Shown here: piece by piece, positions 41,633 through 52,400 of the stretch
Layout of the letters: the number at the start of each line of letters is the position of its first letter
How positions within the stretch are numbered: position 1 is the first letter of the stretch
From: Eledone cirrhosa
Taxonomy: Eukaryota
Assembly: GCA_964016885.1 (NCBI GenBank)
Contig: OZ024742.1
Location: 361,398,001-361,462,000 of the forward strand
DNA: 64,000 nucleotides
Reading direction: 5' to 3'
The notes under the pieces: model-generated
The model's database searches: none
What the model saw: only the letters and a program-made list of their open reading frames with translations
Told to the model about the DNA's origin: nothing
Position numbers and translations under genes: made by a program

Positions 41633-41752
41633 TTACTCTGATGAAATGACAGTAAATAATAACATTGAAATATTGAATGTCTGCATAACTAAAAGTTTGT
41701 AGATAGCAGCTGTTTTAGGTTATGTAACTGTTATAGAAACACGTGTCAATAA
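41633..41752 (+). ncRNA. Candidate type I hammerhead ribozyme with extended stem II, slightly degenerate (mirror copy 39364-39483, minus strand)
   Basis: ttact-CTGATGA(41638)-a-atgacagt...~80 nt...actgttat-a-GAAAC-ACGT-GTC(41747)-aataa. Stem II has 8 bp, loop III is palindromic, and stem I (ttact/aataa) has one mismatch. Confidence 0.55.
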
Positions 41753-41899
41753 ATTCCTTTCAACTAAACTGTATCCATTCAAATCTTTCTATTTTTCTCC
41801 GGATTACTTTTGGAACTACAACTGGAACCGTCGAGCAAACTCTACGTGAGCTGATAATCTACTGTGTGTAATATTTATATTACAACACAACGGAAAATA

Positions 41900-41950
<51 letters not shown>

Positions 41951-41964
41951 TATACATAAGTATA

Positions 41965-42283
41965 AGGAGGCATATGGCTTAGCAATCGAAAGGTTGTGAG
42001 TTCAATTCTCAGACCGGGTGATGTGTTGTTTCCTTGGGCAAGACACTTTATTTCACATTGCTCCAGTTTACTCAGCTGTAGAAATGAGATATTAGGGACT
42101 GGGGTCCATATCATTCCACTGCAAAGTGGTCGTGGAGGTGCCACGGCAAAAAAAAGCACCCAGCACTCACTGTAAATGAGGTTGGTGTTAGGAAGGGCAT
42201 CCAGCTGTAGAAATCAAGCCAGCATCAGTTCCCGTCCCACCCTTGTAAGTAGAGAAAAGCAGACGTAAAATGAAATGAATGAA
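41965..42283 (+). mobile_element. tRNA-derived CORE-type SINE with RTE-like tail
   Basis: Head tggcttagc...gagttcaattc, CORE-like gttgtttccttgggcaagacacttt, tail aaaaagcacccagcactcactgtaaa...gttaggaagggcatccagctgtagaaa...gacgtaaaatgaaatgaatgaa. Confidence 0.85.
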
Positions 42284-43531
42284 ACCCCTATACTTAGCTT
42301 TTGTTGACTTGGAGAAAGCCTTTGACAGAGTCCCACACTCCATTATCTGGTGGGCTCTTAGAAAACGAGGTGATGATGAATGGCTTGTGAGAGCTATACA
42401 AGCCATGTATAAAGAAACAGTCAGCAAGGTTAGAATTAACAACGAATATAGTGAAGAGTTTAGCGTAAAAGTTGGTGTTCATCAGGGCTCCGTTCTTAGC
42501 CCCCCCTACTATTTATTATTGCCCTTCAGTCTATAACAGAGGAGTTCAAGACCGGCTGCCCATGGGAACTCCTATATGCAGATGATCTAACGTTCATAGC
42601 TGAATCAATGGCTGAACTAGAGAAGAAATTCCAAACATGGAAGCATGGCCTAGAATCAAAAGGCCTTAAAATTAACCTGTCCAAGACTAAAGTTCTTGTT
42701 TGTAGGAAGGAAAATAGGGCACTGGTCCCATCTGAGAAATGGCCATGCTCAGTGTGTAGGAAAGGAGTAAGCTGAAACTCCATTTTATGTCCCAAATGCA
42801 AAGTATGGGTGCATAAAAGATGTAGTGTGATCACAGGTAAGTTAACTAAGAATATAGATTTTATATGTGGCCGGTGGTCTGGTGCAATAAGTAGCAGCAA
42901 ATGCCCAGGGAATACTAGCTCATTCCATTGCACATATGGTTCTATAGAAATCTTGGACACCTTCCGTTACCTGGGTGACAAAATCAGCAGTGGTGGAGGG
43001 TGCTCTGAAAGTACAGTAGCTAGAGTCAGAACAGGGTGGAAAGAGTTCATAGAGCTTATACCACTATTGGCCGCTAAAAGGTTCTCTCTAAAAATGAAAA
43101 GCAGGCTGTATGAACCCTGCATACGAACACCAATGTTACATGGCAGTGAGACCTGGGCATTGTATGAAGAGGAGACGTGCAGACTGGAGAGAAACGAAGC
43201 TTGCATGCTCCGCTGGATGTGTAATAGTAATATACATGAATGGCAAAGCATAAACGAACTAAGGGAGAAATTAGGAATAAGAGGGATCAGATGTTGTTTA
43301 CTCGAGAGAAGACTACGTTGGTACGGTCACGTGATGCTCATGAAAGACGACAGCTGTATAAAAAAGTGCATGGCGATAAAAATAGACGGTAGCCACGGAG
43401 TAGGCAGACCCAGAAAAACCTGGGACGACTTGATAAATTCCAACCTCACACACTTACACCTCTCCAAGAAAATGTCACTGGACCGAGATCTTTGGTGCTT
43501 CACAGTAATACAGAAGACCAGCCTTGCCTAA
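42279..43531 (+). pseudogene. Disrupted reverse transcriptase ORF of the RTE element
   Basis: +1 frameshift in the C7 run at 42500-42506, in-frame TGA at 42773-42775, and no endonuclease or N-terminal RT. Confidence 0.9.
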
Positions 43532-44032
43532 GTACAAAGCAAATCCTACAGTCAGTAGGCACCTCTAACAAAATACACCCCCCCCTCCTCCTTAAATGTG
43601 AAGTTATGTTGGTACCATAACATCCAGTCCGAAACAAATGAGGTCGTGTAGGTGTCACAACAAAAAAAACACACAGTCCATGCTGTAATGTGGCCGTGTA
43701 GGTAACACGCTAAAAACCTCCCAGTCCACACTGTAAACGTGGTTGGTGTTGGGAAGGGCACCCAGCCGTAGAAAACCCGCCAGACGTGTAGGCGTCATGA
43801 CAAATAACACAGTCCATGCTGTAATGTGGCCATGTAGGTAATACGGTAATAACCTCCCAGTCCACACTGTAAACGTGGTTGGTGTTACGAAGGGCATCCA
43901 GCCGTAGAAAACCGGCCAGACAGTCCTATACGAGCAGGACAACAAATCTTGCCTCAAGTGGGAAAACTCCCATCCAAACCCATGCAAGCGTGGAAGATGG
44001 ACGTTAAACGATGATGATGATGATGATGTTGA
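42279..44032 (+). mobile_element. 5'-truncated RTE-clade non-LTR retrotransposon (RT remnant plus 3' UTR with (GAT)n tail)
   Basis: Motifs AFVDLEKAFDRVP, GVHQGSVLSP, ELLYADD (YADD 42575-42586), FRYLG, LHGSETW, RRLRWYGHV and GRPRKTW; stop at 43531. The 3' UTR ends ggacgttaaac(gat)n. Confidence 0.95.
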
Positions 44033-44150
44033 TATATATATTTAAAGGTTAAACAAGATCCAATGAATAAATCAAAGAATGAGTTTTACAATAGATTGGA
44101 AGCACTGAACAGATTTGGTTTTCCGGAGTTATTAATATTAATTCAAAATA

Positions 44151-44390
44151 TTACTCGAGAAAAGACTATGTTGGTACGGTCATGTGATGCGCATGAAAGA
44201 CGGTAAAAACCTCCCTGTCCACACTGTAAACGTGGTTGGTGTTAGGAAGGGCATCCAGCTGTAGAAATCCCGCCAGACAGTCCTATACGAGCAAGACAAC
44301 CAATCTTGCCTCAAGTGGGAAAATTCCCATCCAAATCCATGCAAGCGTGGAAGATGGACGTTAAACGATGATGATGATGATGATGATGAT
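44151..44390 (+). mobile_element. Short internally deleted copy of the same RTE family
   Basis: 44151-44202 matches ORF sequence 43298-43349 and is fused directly to 3'-UTR sequence matching ~43846-44030, with a (GAT)n tail. Confidence 0.9.
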
Positions 44391-44440
44391 ATATATATAT
44401 ACTCTATTTATGTTCATAAATTGAAGAAAATAGATAGGTC

Positions 44441-44530
44441 ACAATTTTTATTTTTATATCTATTGAATAATTATATATAAATATATATATATATATATAA
44501 TTATTCAATAGATTTAGAAATAAAAATTGT
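44441..44530. repeat. (TA)n-centred palindrome
   Basis: acaatttttatttttatatctattgaataattatatata pairs with tatatataattattcaatagatttagaaataaaaattgt. Confidence 0.9.
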
Positions 44531-44539
44531 GTTATTTGG

Positions 44540-45092
44540 CATATGGAATTTAGTGTATATGCAGTTGATTTTTAGGACATTTTGTTTATCCTAACTCTTA
44601 TAGCTGAATCTGTTGAATAGTTCTAGAACAAAACTTCAAATAGAATAAGGAGTTGATGTAAACCTTGTAAACACAAAATATTTTGTTAGCAGGTAAAAAG
44701 CTAGAATTCTATTACTTTCTAGGAGGAAGCAATTTTATATGGTATACTTAAAGAATGGTGAAGATGAAGTGCAATGTATTAATCAAAGGCAAACTAAACA
44801 GAGAAGACTTCGTATGTTACAGACGTGGAAAAGTATTAGCCATGTGTTATACCATTTAGAAATGAAGCATATTTACTATTGATACTATAAATTGTTTTGA
44901 GGGAATGCTGCCAAACCCATGTACTATGAGTATTAAGATACCTTAACATAAACCTCTGGATTTATATACCCATATAACTCATGAAAGGACAAACATTTTG
45001 AAGGAATGTCACAAATGGAGAGATGCCCTGCTGAGAAGGACCTCTCCAACCGATGTGTGAGAAACTGAACGTAAAAATGAGTATGATGATGT
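44540..45092 (+). mobile_element. Highly decayed RTE remnant
   Basis: tggaatttagtgtatatgcagttgat resembles WELLYADD, gtaaaccttgtaaacacaaaa resembles VNLxKTK, and the tail is aacgtaaaaatgagtatgatgatg. Confidence 0.55.
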
Positions 45093-45094
45093 TT

Positions 45095-45427
45095 TCAGTC
45101 ATTGTATAGGGGTCATGCTGACATACTTTCTTCAAGGGATTTAGTCAATTCAATCAACTCAAGTAATTATTCTAGACTTATTTCAAAATTTCTCTATTGA
45201 ATGGTTAAAGTACCAGTTGTTTTAATATAAAGAGATGCAACACCAACAAACATGATCGCAGATACACATATATATCTATAAATATATTTGACAGGATTCC
45301 ACACAGATTTTGTTTGCAAAAGTTTACTCAGAAAACATTGATCATGCGGATGTCATGCTGTAGGATTGATCACAGAAATAATTATTTGCACAACAAACAC
45401 CTGAACCACAAATCTATGCCTGCACCT
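45095..45427 (-). mobile_element. Decayed tRNA-derived SINE(s)
   Basis: The minus strand starts aggtgcaggcatag..tgtggttc, resembling the heads of the other SINEs. Heavily diverged. Confidence 0.45.
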
Positions 45428-46479
45428 ATTTCTACTAATTTCTCCCCAATAAATGCATATTTCATATATACCACATACATGACACATCGAAAACCTTTCT
45501 AAATCATATTATTTTTTGGTTTACATAAAATATGTAAAATAAACAAAGAATTGATTTTAGCATTGCGAATATTGAAAATTGATTTTAGTTTTCATATGAA
45601 AAATTGTTGTTTGAATAATCAGCATTTCAGGAAATAGCGATTTGTTATGTAACAATAAAAATAATTTTATGATAGTTTAGAATGTTTTCCAAGAATACAG
45701 ACATATATAATCTCACAGTCTGGCACTTCAATTCACTTGAAACTCATTATACCATTCTATATTTCACTGCTGTTTTATTTGTCTAAATTGACAGTTACAA
45801 CACTTTTCTTTAGATGTAGATCTAAATACATTTCTACATTTTTGTGTCAAAGATGTTACAAGATTTTAAGCATGTCTTATTAATCATATTTTATCAGTTT
45901 ATTCTCTGAATACCAGCACTCAGGAATTCTCTTTCAACTACTTGGATACTGCAGTCAAATGAATAAATAATTCAAGGTAAATGTAATATTCAAACATTTT
46001 TGAAAATCAGTTGTTTCTTGTCTAACATTAGTACAATTCTAAACTGAAACATTATGATTTAATGTTTTATCAAGGTGTGTGTGTTTGAGTGAAACATATC
46101 TATATAACATCAATATAAAGTATTATTTGTGTCATCACTTATATTGTGTAGTATTCTCTTCCATAAAGTAGAATGTATGATATAGAAATTCAAGATCAAA
46201 TGTTATCAAAGCATCTCATTTCGTAATACAAATCTCCATTTTTGTATTTCATAGAAGGTAGATATCTTCAATAGAAGTGTATGAAAATTATTTGATATTT
46301 TCTTCAAATCTTGAACATAAATCTCTTGTTTTGACGTCAACTTAAATATTTTCCAATAAAAATCCTTCTGTGTAAAACATTCATTGCTTTTTTGAAATTA
46401 GCCATATATTTTAGAAATGCAGCCTACTAGGGTATTTTAAAAAGGGAGAAAAGTATTCAAAAATAATCAATAGTATTAA

Positions 46480-46880
46480 ATGTTTGCATTAAACACTAAA
46501 CAAATTCTGACTAAATATCAGCATAATGCAAAAAACAATTGAACAAAGTATAAAGCCAAATAAACACAAAAAATTAGAAGACAACATCAACAATAACACA
46601 AAATGGCATCTAAAAGAAGGCAAAAAAGACAATAAAATCAATAGTATAGTATGAATTTGTAACATGAATAACATAAGGCATAAAAATGGCAACAGCATAA
46701 AGCATAAAATAACAACTAGAGCAAAGTAGAAAACAATAACAATAGAAGCATTAAAAAGCAAGCCCTAAAGGCAACATCATCATCATCATCATAAAGTATA
46801 AAATGGCAACCACTATACAAAATCAGTAATAACAATTTATTTACAAGTCGAAACAATACAAAAACAACGGCAAATAAGTA
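46480..46880. repeat. A/C-rich low-complexity tract (decayed AAC/AAT microsatellite)
   Basis: aacaac/aataac/catcat runs, which produce spurious hydrophobic minus-strand ORFs. Confidence 0.7.
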
Positions 46881-47261
46881 GCTACTTTCGATGTGTAATC
46901 TCCTCCTATTCCATTGCATAATCTTTAAAATGTTTCTCTCTCAATATAAACAAGTGTATGAAAAAAAAAAATACTCTTTTTTTTTTCTCCACAAGTGTTC
47001 AGTATTTGAATATTTTCTCTTCTAAGTATTACAACCATCAATATTTGAGAGTATTTTATGTTACTATTATAACCACCAATATTTAGAACTATTTTTGCCA
47101 ATCTCTCTTATAGCTATCAATATTGTTTTAATGCAACAAATGCCATTTGTTAGATGCATAGTAGAATTTTGATTTCCTATAACTTGCTGCTGAAGCAAAC
47201 TTACAAAAAAATATTTTCTTTTAGTTTCATTATTATTAGCATTATTATTATCATTGATAAA

Positions 47262-47650
47262 AGGGTAGTGGATTGGCAGAATCGGTAGAGCGTCAGACAA
47301 AATACTTTACAGTATAGAGTTGTCGCCTTACGTTTTAAGTTCAAATCCTTATGGGGTTGAGAAAATAAAGTACCAGTAACGCAGTGGGGTGGATTTCTTC
47401 TACTTCTCCCCAAATTGTTGGCCTTGTGCTTAAATGAAAACCATTATTAAAGGGTGGTGGATTGGCAGTATCGGTAGAGGGTTGGACGCCATGCTTTGAT
47501 GCACAGAGTTATGGTCCTTGCCATTCTGAGTTCAAATCCCACCGAGGTTAACTTTGCCAGTCATCCTTACGGGTTGATAAAATAAAGTAACAGTAATGCA
47601 CTGGGTATTTGCTGGCCTTGTGCCAAATGTAGAAACAATTATTATTATTG
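47262..47650 (+). mobile_element. Two tandem tRNA-derived SINEs (47262-47448 and 47451-47650)
   Basis: Both begin gggt(a/g)gtggattggcag..tcggtagag, have gttcaaatcc B-boxes and end gccttgtg...(att)n. Same family as 37973. Confidence 0.85.
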
Positions 47651-47829
47651 ATAAAAATATCTGAAGTTCCCAGTACTAGTATTTAGTGAGATATCATAGT
47701 GAGACCTTTAATACTGGGTAAATAAAAGCCATTAATGTTTTGTTTGTTATTTAAATCCTGGTCAACCCTAATCAAGCAAACATATGCACAATGGTATTGT
47801 AGCCATAATCTTCCCACACTTTATGTAGA

Positions 47830-48075
47830 CAGAGCCAGATTTAGATGTTGGGGTTGCCTGGGGCACTTCAGGTTTGAGGGTCCCATCAGACAGAAAAAAA
47901 TTAGCATGCACAGCAAACCCCTAATTTTACATATTAAAGTTAGCATGGCACAAGTAATTGGAATTGAAAAGTTATCCATACAAGTATTAGATTAAAAAAA
48001 TCCACTAATCCTAAAACCACAACAAAGGGCACAAATAAAATGCACCAGCCCTTGCTTGTGCCCCACCCCCAATGA
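47830..48075 (+). mobile_element. hAT-like MITE fragment retaining its left end
   Basis: Left end cagagccagattta. The body (cacttcaggtttg...aattttacatat..aagttagc.tgg..caagtaattggaattgaaa) is repeated at 48400-48530. A left-end stub is also present at 35519-35562. Confidence 0.55.
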
Positions 48076-48369
48076 AGGTGGCTTAGGGCATGTGTACACA
48101 CAAGTAATTGCATGTGTACACACAAGTATTTTTCAGCTAAGACAGGAATGGTATTATATGTACAATTCAGATATTATGTGTACAAAAGTTAAGCTGTCAA
48201 AATACTACAAGAATTAATAATTATATTCAATATACATTCATTGTGTGGATAGTGGATTGGCAGAATCGGTAGAGCTTCAGATATAATGCCATTGCAGTAT
48301 TTGTTCAAACTTTTTACATTCTGAGTTCAAAGGCCACCACCACAAACTTTGCTTTTTATTCATCTGGGT

Positions 48370-48670
48370 AGGGTTGGAGTTGGACCGGAGGGCGGGGGTG
48401 CACTTCAGGTTTGGAAGGTCCTCTCATACACAAAACATTAGAATACACAGCAACCCCACCAATTTTACATATCGAAGTTAGCTTGGTGCAAGTAATTGGA
48501 ATTGAAAGGTTATACAAACAGGTATTAAATTCGAAAATTATAACCCTCCGAAAACTAAAAAGCCCAGCTGACGTCACAAATAATTTGCTATGGCCATCAT
48601 TGGTGGCACCCTGCACTGCAGGTGACCCGGGGCAATTGCCACATTTGCCCCCCATTAAATCCGGCCATGC
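48370..48670 (+). mobile_element. hAT-like MITE retaining its right end
   Basis: Ends gccccccattaaatccggccatg, complementary to the cag(a/g)gcc(a/g)gattta left end. The body is shared with the 47830 copy. Confidence 0.6.
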
Positions 48671-48717
48671 TTCAGGGGCCAATACAATAATATTCTAATC
48701 AAGTAGTGAAGTTAAGT

Positions 48718-48934
48718 TTAACCCTTTAGCATTCACATTACTCTATATATATACTAATGTATTTTTGTGGTAAGGTTTTATCTCACATAATATCAAATCT
48801 ATAAGATTTTGATATTATTTATTTTGAGAACAATACCTTAACATCAGTGTGAGTGGTCAGTTAAGGCTGGTTTGAACAGAAAGAGGTGAGAGAATTCTGG
48901 CCAGATACGGCCAGTTTAAATGCTAAAGGGTTAA
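48718..48934 (-). mobile_element. piggyBac-type MITE with TTAA TSD
   Basis: TTAA|ccctttagcatt ... aatgctaaaggg|TTAA. Confidence 0.85.
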
Positions 48935-49429
48935 TCAATGTTGCCTCTCTCCATAAACTTTGCTGGCCTTGAGCCTTAATGAAAAACTATTCTACATTCA
49001 CTCGGGGCAAACTTCTGTCACACAAAATCTATTTACAAAACATTAGATTTTTACATGAACTGATTAATAAAAATCTCAGACAACATTGAATGAAGGTCTA
49101 TGTTATCTAATGTGTTCTCATCTGTATTGAAACAGCATATGAATTGAATGGGATTTTTATGCTATTTCTAGCAGGTCAGGTAACTATCTAGATATTTTCC
49201 CAATGGCGTATTTATATTTTTCAGTAGTGTTTGTAATGAATTGATCTATGCAGGGGTTTTTATAAGAGAGCTCAGTGTTGGTTGTATTGAATCAACTAAA
49301 TTATGAAAGGACACATGACAATCTGCTGGAATAAATAAAGGTCTATAATGATTGCAAGAACATTCATTTCCATTTGCTGTTATAAACACAATAGAGTAGT
49401 ATTTGTAGTGACACACAGAAACATTGATA

Positions 49430-52400
49430 TGTAAAGTGGTTATGTAGTTATCACAACAAAAAGCACCCAGTACACAGTGTAAAGTGATTATGTAGGTATC
49501 ACAACAAAAAGCATCCAGTACACACTGTAAAGTGGTCGTGTAAGTGTCACAACAAAAGGCACCCAATACAGATATAAAGTGGTCGGTAAGTGTTACAACA
49601 AAAGGCACCCAATACACACTGTAAAGTGGTCATGTAAGTGTTATGTGGTCATGTAGGTGTTACAATAAATGGCACCCAATACACGCTGTAAAGTGGTCGT
49701 GTAAGTGTTACAACAAAAGGCACCCAATACAAACTGAAAAGTGGTCATGCAGGTGTTACAACAAAAGGCACCCAATACACGCTGTAAAGTGGTCGTGTAA
49801 GTGTTACAACAAAAGGCACACAATACACACTGTAAAGTGGTCATGTAGGTGTTACAACAAAAGGCACCCAATACATGCTGTAAAGTGGTCGTGTAAGTGT
49901 TACAACAAAAGGCACACAATACACACTGTAAAGTGGTCATGTAAGTGTTAAGTGGTCATGTAGGTGTTACAACAAAAGGCACCCAATACACGCTGTAAAG
50001 TGATTATGTAGGTGTTACAACAAAAGGCACACAATACACACTGTAAAGTGATTATGTAGGTATCACAGTAAAAAGCACCCAGTACACACTGTAAAGTGAT
50101 TATGTCGGTATCACAGCAAAAAGCACCCAGTACACACTGTAAAGTGTTTGTGTAGGTATCACAGCAAAAAGCACCCAGTACACACTGTAAAGTGATTATG
50201 TAGGTATCACAGCAAAAAGCACCCAGTACACACTGTAAAGTGATTATGTCGGTATCACAGCAAAAAGCACCCAGTACACACTGTAAAGTGTTTGTGTAGG
50301 TATCACAGCAAAAAGCACCCAGTACACACTGTAAAGTGATTATGTCGGAATCACAGCAAAAAGCACCCAGTACACACTGTAAAGTGTTTGTGTAGGTATC
50401 ACAGTAAAAAGCACCCAGTACACACTGTAAAGTGATTATGTCGGTATCACAGTAAAAAGCACCCAGTACACACTGTAAAGTGTTTGTGTAGGTATCACAG
50501 CAAAAAGCACCCAGTACACACTGTAAAGTGATTATTTCGGTATCACAGTAAAAAGCACCCAGTACACACTGTAAAGTGTTTGTGTAGGTATCACAGTAAA
50601 AAGCACCCAGTACACACTGTAAAGTGATTATGTCGGTATCACAGCAAAAAGCACCCAGTACACACTGTAAAGTGTTTGTGTAGGTATCACAGCAAAAAGC
50701 ACCCAGTACACACTGTAAAGTGATTATGTAGGTATCACAGCAAAAAGCACCCAGTACACACTGTAAAGTGATTATGTCGGTATCACAGCAAAAAGCACCC
50801 AGTACACACTGTAAAGTGTTTGTGTAGGTATCACAGCAAAAAGCACCCAGTACACACTGTAAAGTGATTATGTCGGAATCACAGCAAAAAGCACCCAGTA
50901 CACACTGTAAAGTGTTTGTGTAGGTATCACAGTAAAAAGCACCCAGTACACACTGTAAAGTGATTATGTCGGTATCACAGTAAAAAGCACCCAGTACACA
51001 CTGTAAAGTGTTTGTGTAGGTATCACAGCAAAAAGCACCCAGTACACACTGTAAAGTGGTCGTGTAGGTATCACAGCAAAAAGCACCCAGTACACACTGT
51101 AAAGTCGTTGTGTCGGTATCACAGCAAAAAGCACCCAGTACACACTGTAAAGTGTATGTGTAGGTATCACAGCAAAAAGCACCCAATACGCACTGTAAAG
51201 TGTTTGTGTTGGTATCACAGCAAAAAGCACCCAGTACACACTGCAAAGTGGTTGTGTAGGTATCACAGCAAAAAGCACCCAGTACACACTGTAAAGTCGT
51301 TGTGTAGGTATCACAGCAAAAAGCACCCAGTACACACTGTAAAGTAATTATGTAGGTATCACAGCAAAAAGCACCCAATACACACTGTAAAATTGTCAGG
51401 TAAGTGTAACAACAAAAGGCACCCGATACACACAGTAAAGTGGTCATGTAGTTGTTACAACAAAAGGCACCCAATACACGATGTAAAGTGGTCGTGTAAG
51501 TGTTACAACAAGAGGCACCCAATACACTCAGTAAAGTGGTCATGTAGGTGTTACAACAAAAGGCACCCAATACACGCTGTAAAGTGGTCGTGTAAGTGTT
51601 ACAACAAAAGGCACCCAATACACACAGTAAAGTGGTCATGTAGGTGTTACAACAAAAAGCACCCAATACACGCTGTAAAGTGGTCGTGTAAGTGTTATAA
51701 CGAAACGCACCCAATACACACTGTAAATGGGTCATGTAGGTGTTACAACAAAAGGCACCCAATACAGACTGTAAAGTGGTCGTCTAGGTGTTACAACAAA
51801 AGGCACCCAATACACGCTGTAAAGTGGTCGTGTAAGTGTTATAACGAAACGCACCCAATACACACTGTAAATGGGTCATGTAGGTGTTACAACAAAAGGC
51901 ACCCAATACAGACTGTAAAGTGGTCGTCTAGGTGTTACAACAAAAGTCACCCAATACGCACTGAAGTGGTCATGTAACTGTTACAACAAAAGGCACACAA
52001 TACACACTGTAAAGTGGTCATGTAGGTGTTACAACAAAAGGCACCCAATACAAACTGTAAAGAGGTCATGTAAGTGTTATAACGAATTGATTATGTAAGT
52101 ATCACAACAAAAATCATCCAGTACACACTGTAAAGTGGTCGTGTAAGTGTCACAACAAAAGGCACCCAGTACACACTGTAAAGTGGTCGTGTAAGTGTCA
52201 CAACAAAAGGCATCCAATACACACTGTAAAGTGGCCGTGTAGGTGTTACAACAAAAGGCATCCAATACACGCTGTAAAGTGGTCGTGTAGGTGTTACAAC
52301 AAAAGGCATCCAATACACGCTGTGAAGTGGTAATGTAGGTGTTACAACAAAAGGCATCCAATACACACTGTAAAGTGGTAATGTAAGTGTCATAATGAAA

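Larger units (their letters stand above)
39324..41792. mobile_element. 2.47-kb palindrome: inverted pair of 5'-truncated Penelope-like element (PLE) 3' ends
   Basis: Arm 39324-40522 is the reverse complement of 40578-41792, with roughly ten substitutions seen by eye plus microsatellite length changes. The spacer is 55 bp. Each arm carries a GIY-YIG C-terminal coding remnant and hammerhead-like cores. Confidence 0.85.
48245..48990 (+). mobile_element. Old SINE split by two nested MITE insertions
   Basis: Head at 48245-48365 (gtggattggcagaatcggtagag...gagttcaa), middle at 48671-48717 (ttcaggggccaatacaataa), tail at 48935-48990 (tttgctggccttgagcc). Confidence 0.65.

Noticed and set aside
41888-41905. 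Tc1/pogo-like terminus (cggaaaatactg|TA)
   Set aside because: No matching second TIR was found. It is better explained as the PLE 3' tail abutting (TA)n.
42188-43251. Minus-strand ORFs overlapping the RTE
   Set aside because: Antisense shadows of the RT frame.
46489-46919. Hydrophobic membrane-protein-like ORFs
   Set aside because: Produced by T-rich low-complexity sequence on the minus strand.
35272-48365. tRNA genes
   Set aside because: The A/B-box-like motifs are SINE heads continuing into SINE bodies; no complete cloverleaf was seen.
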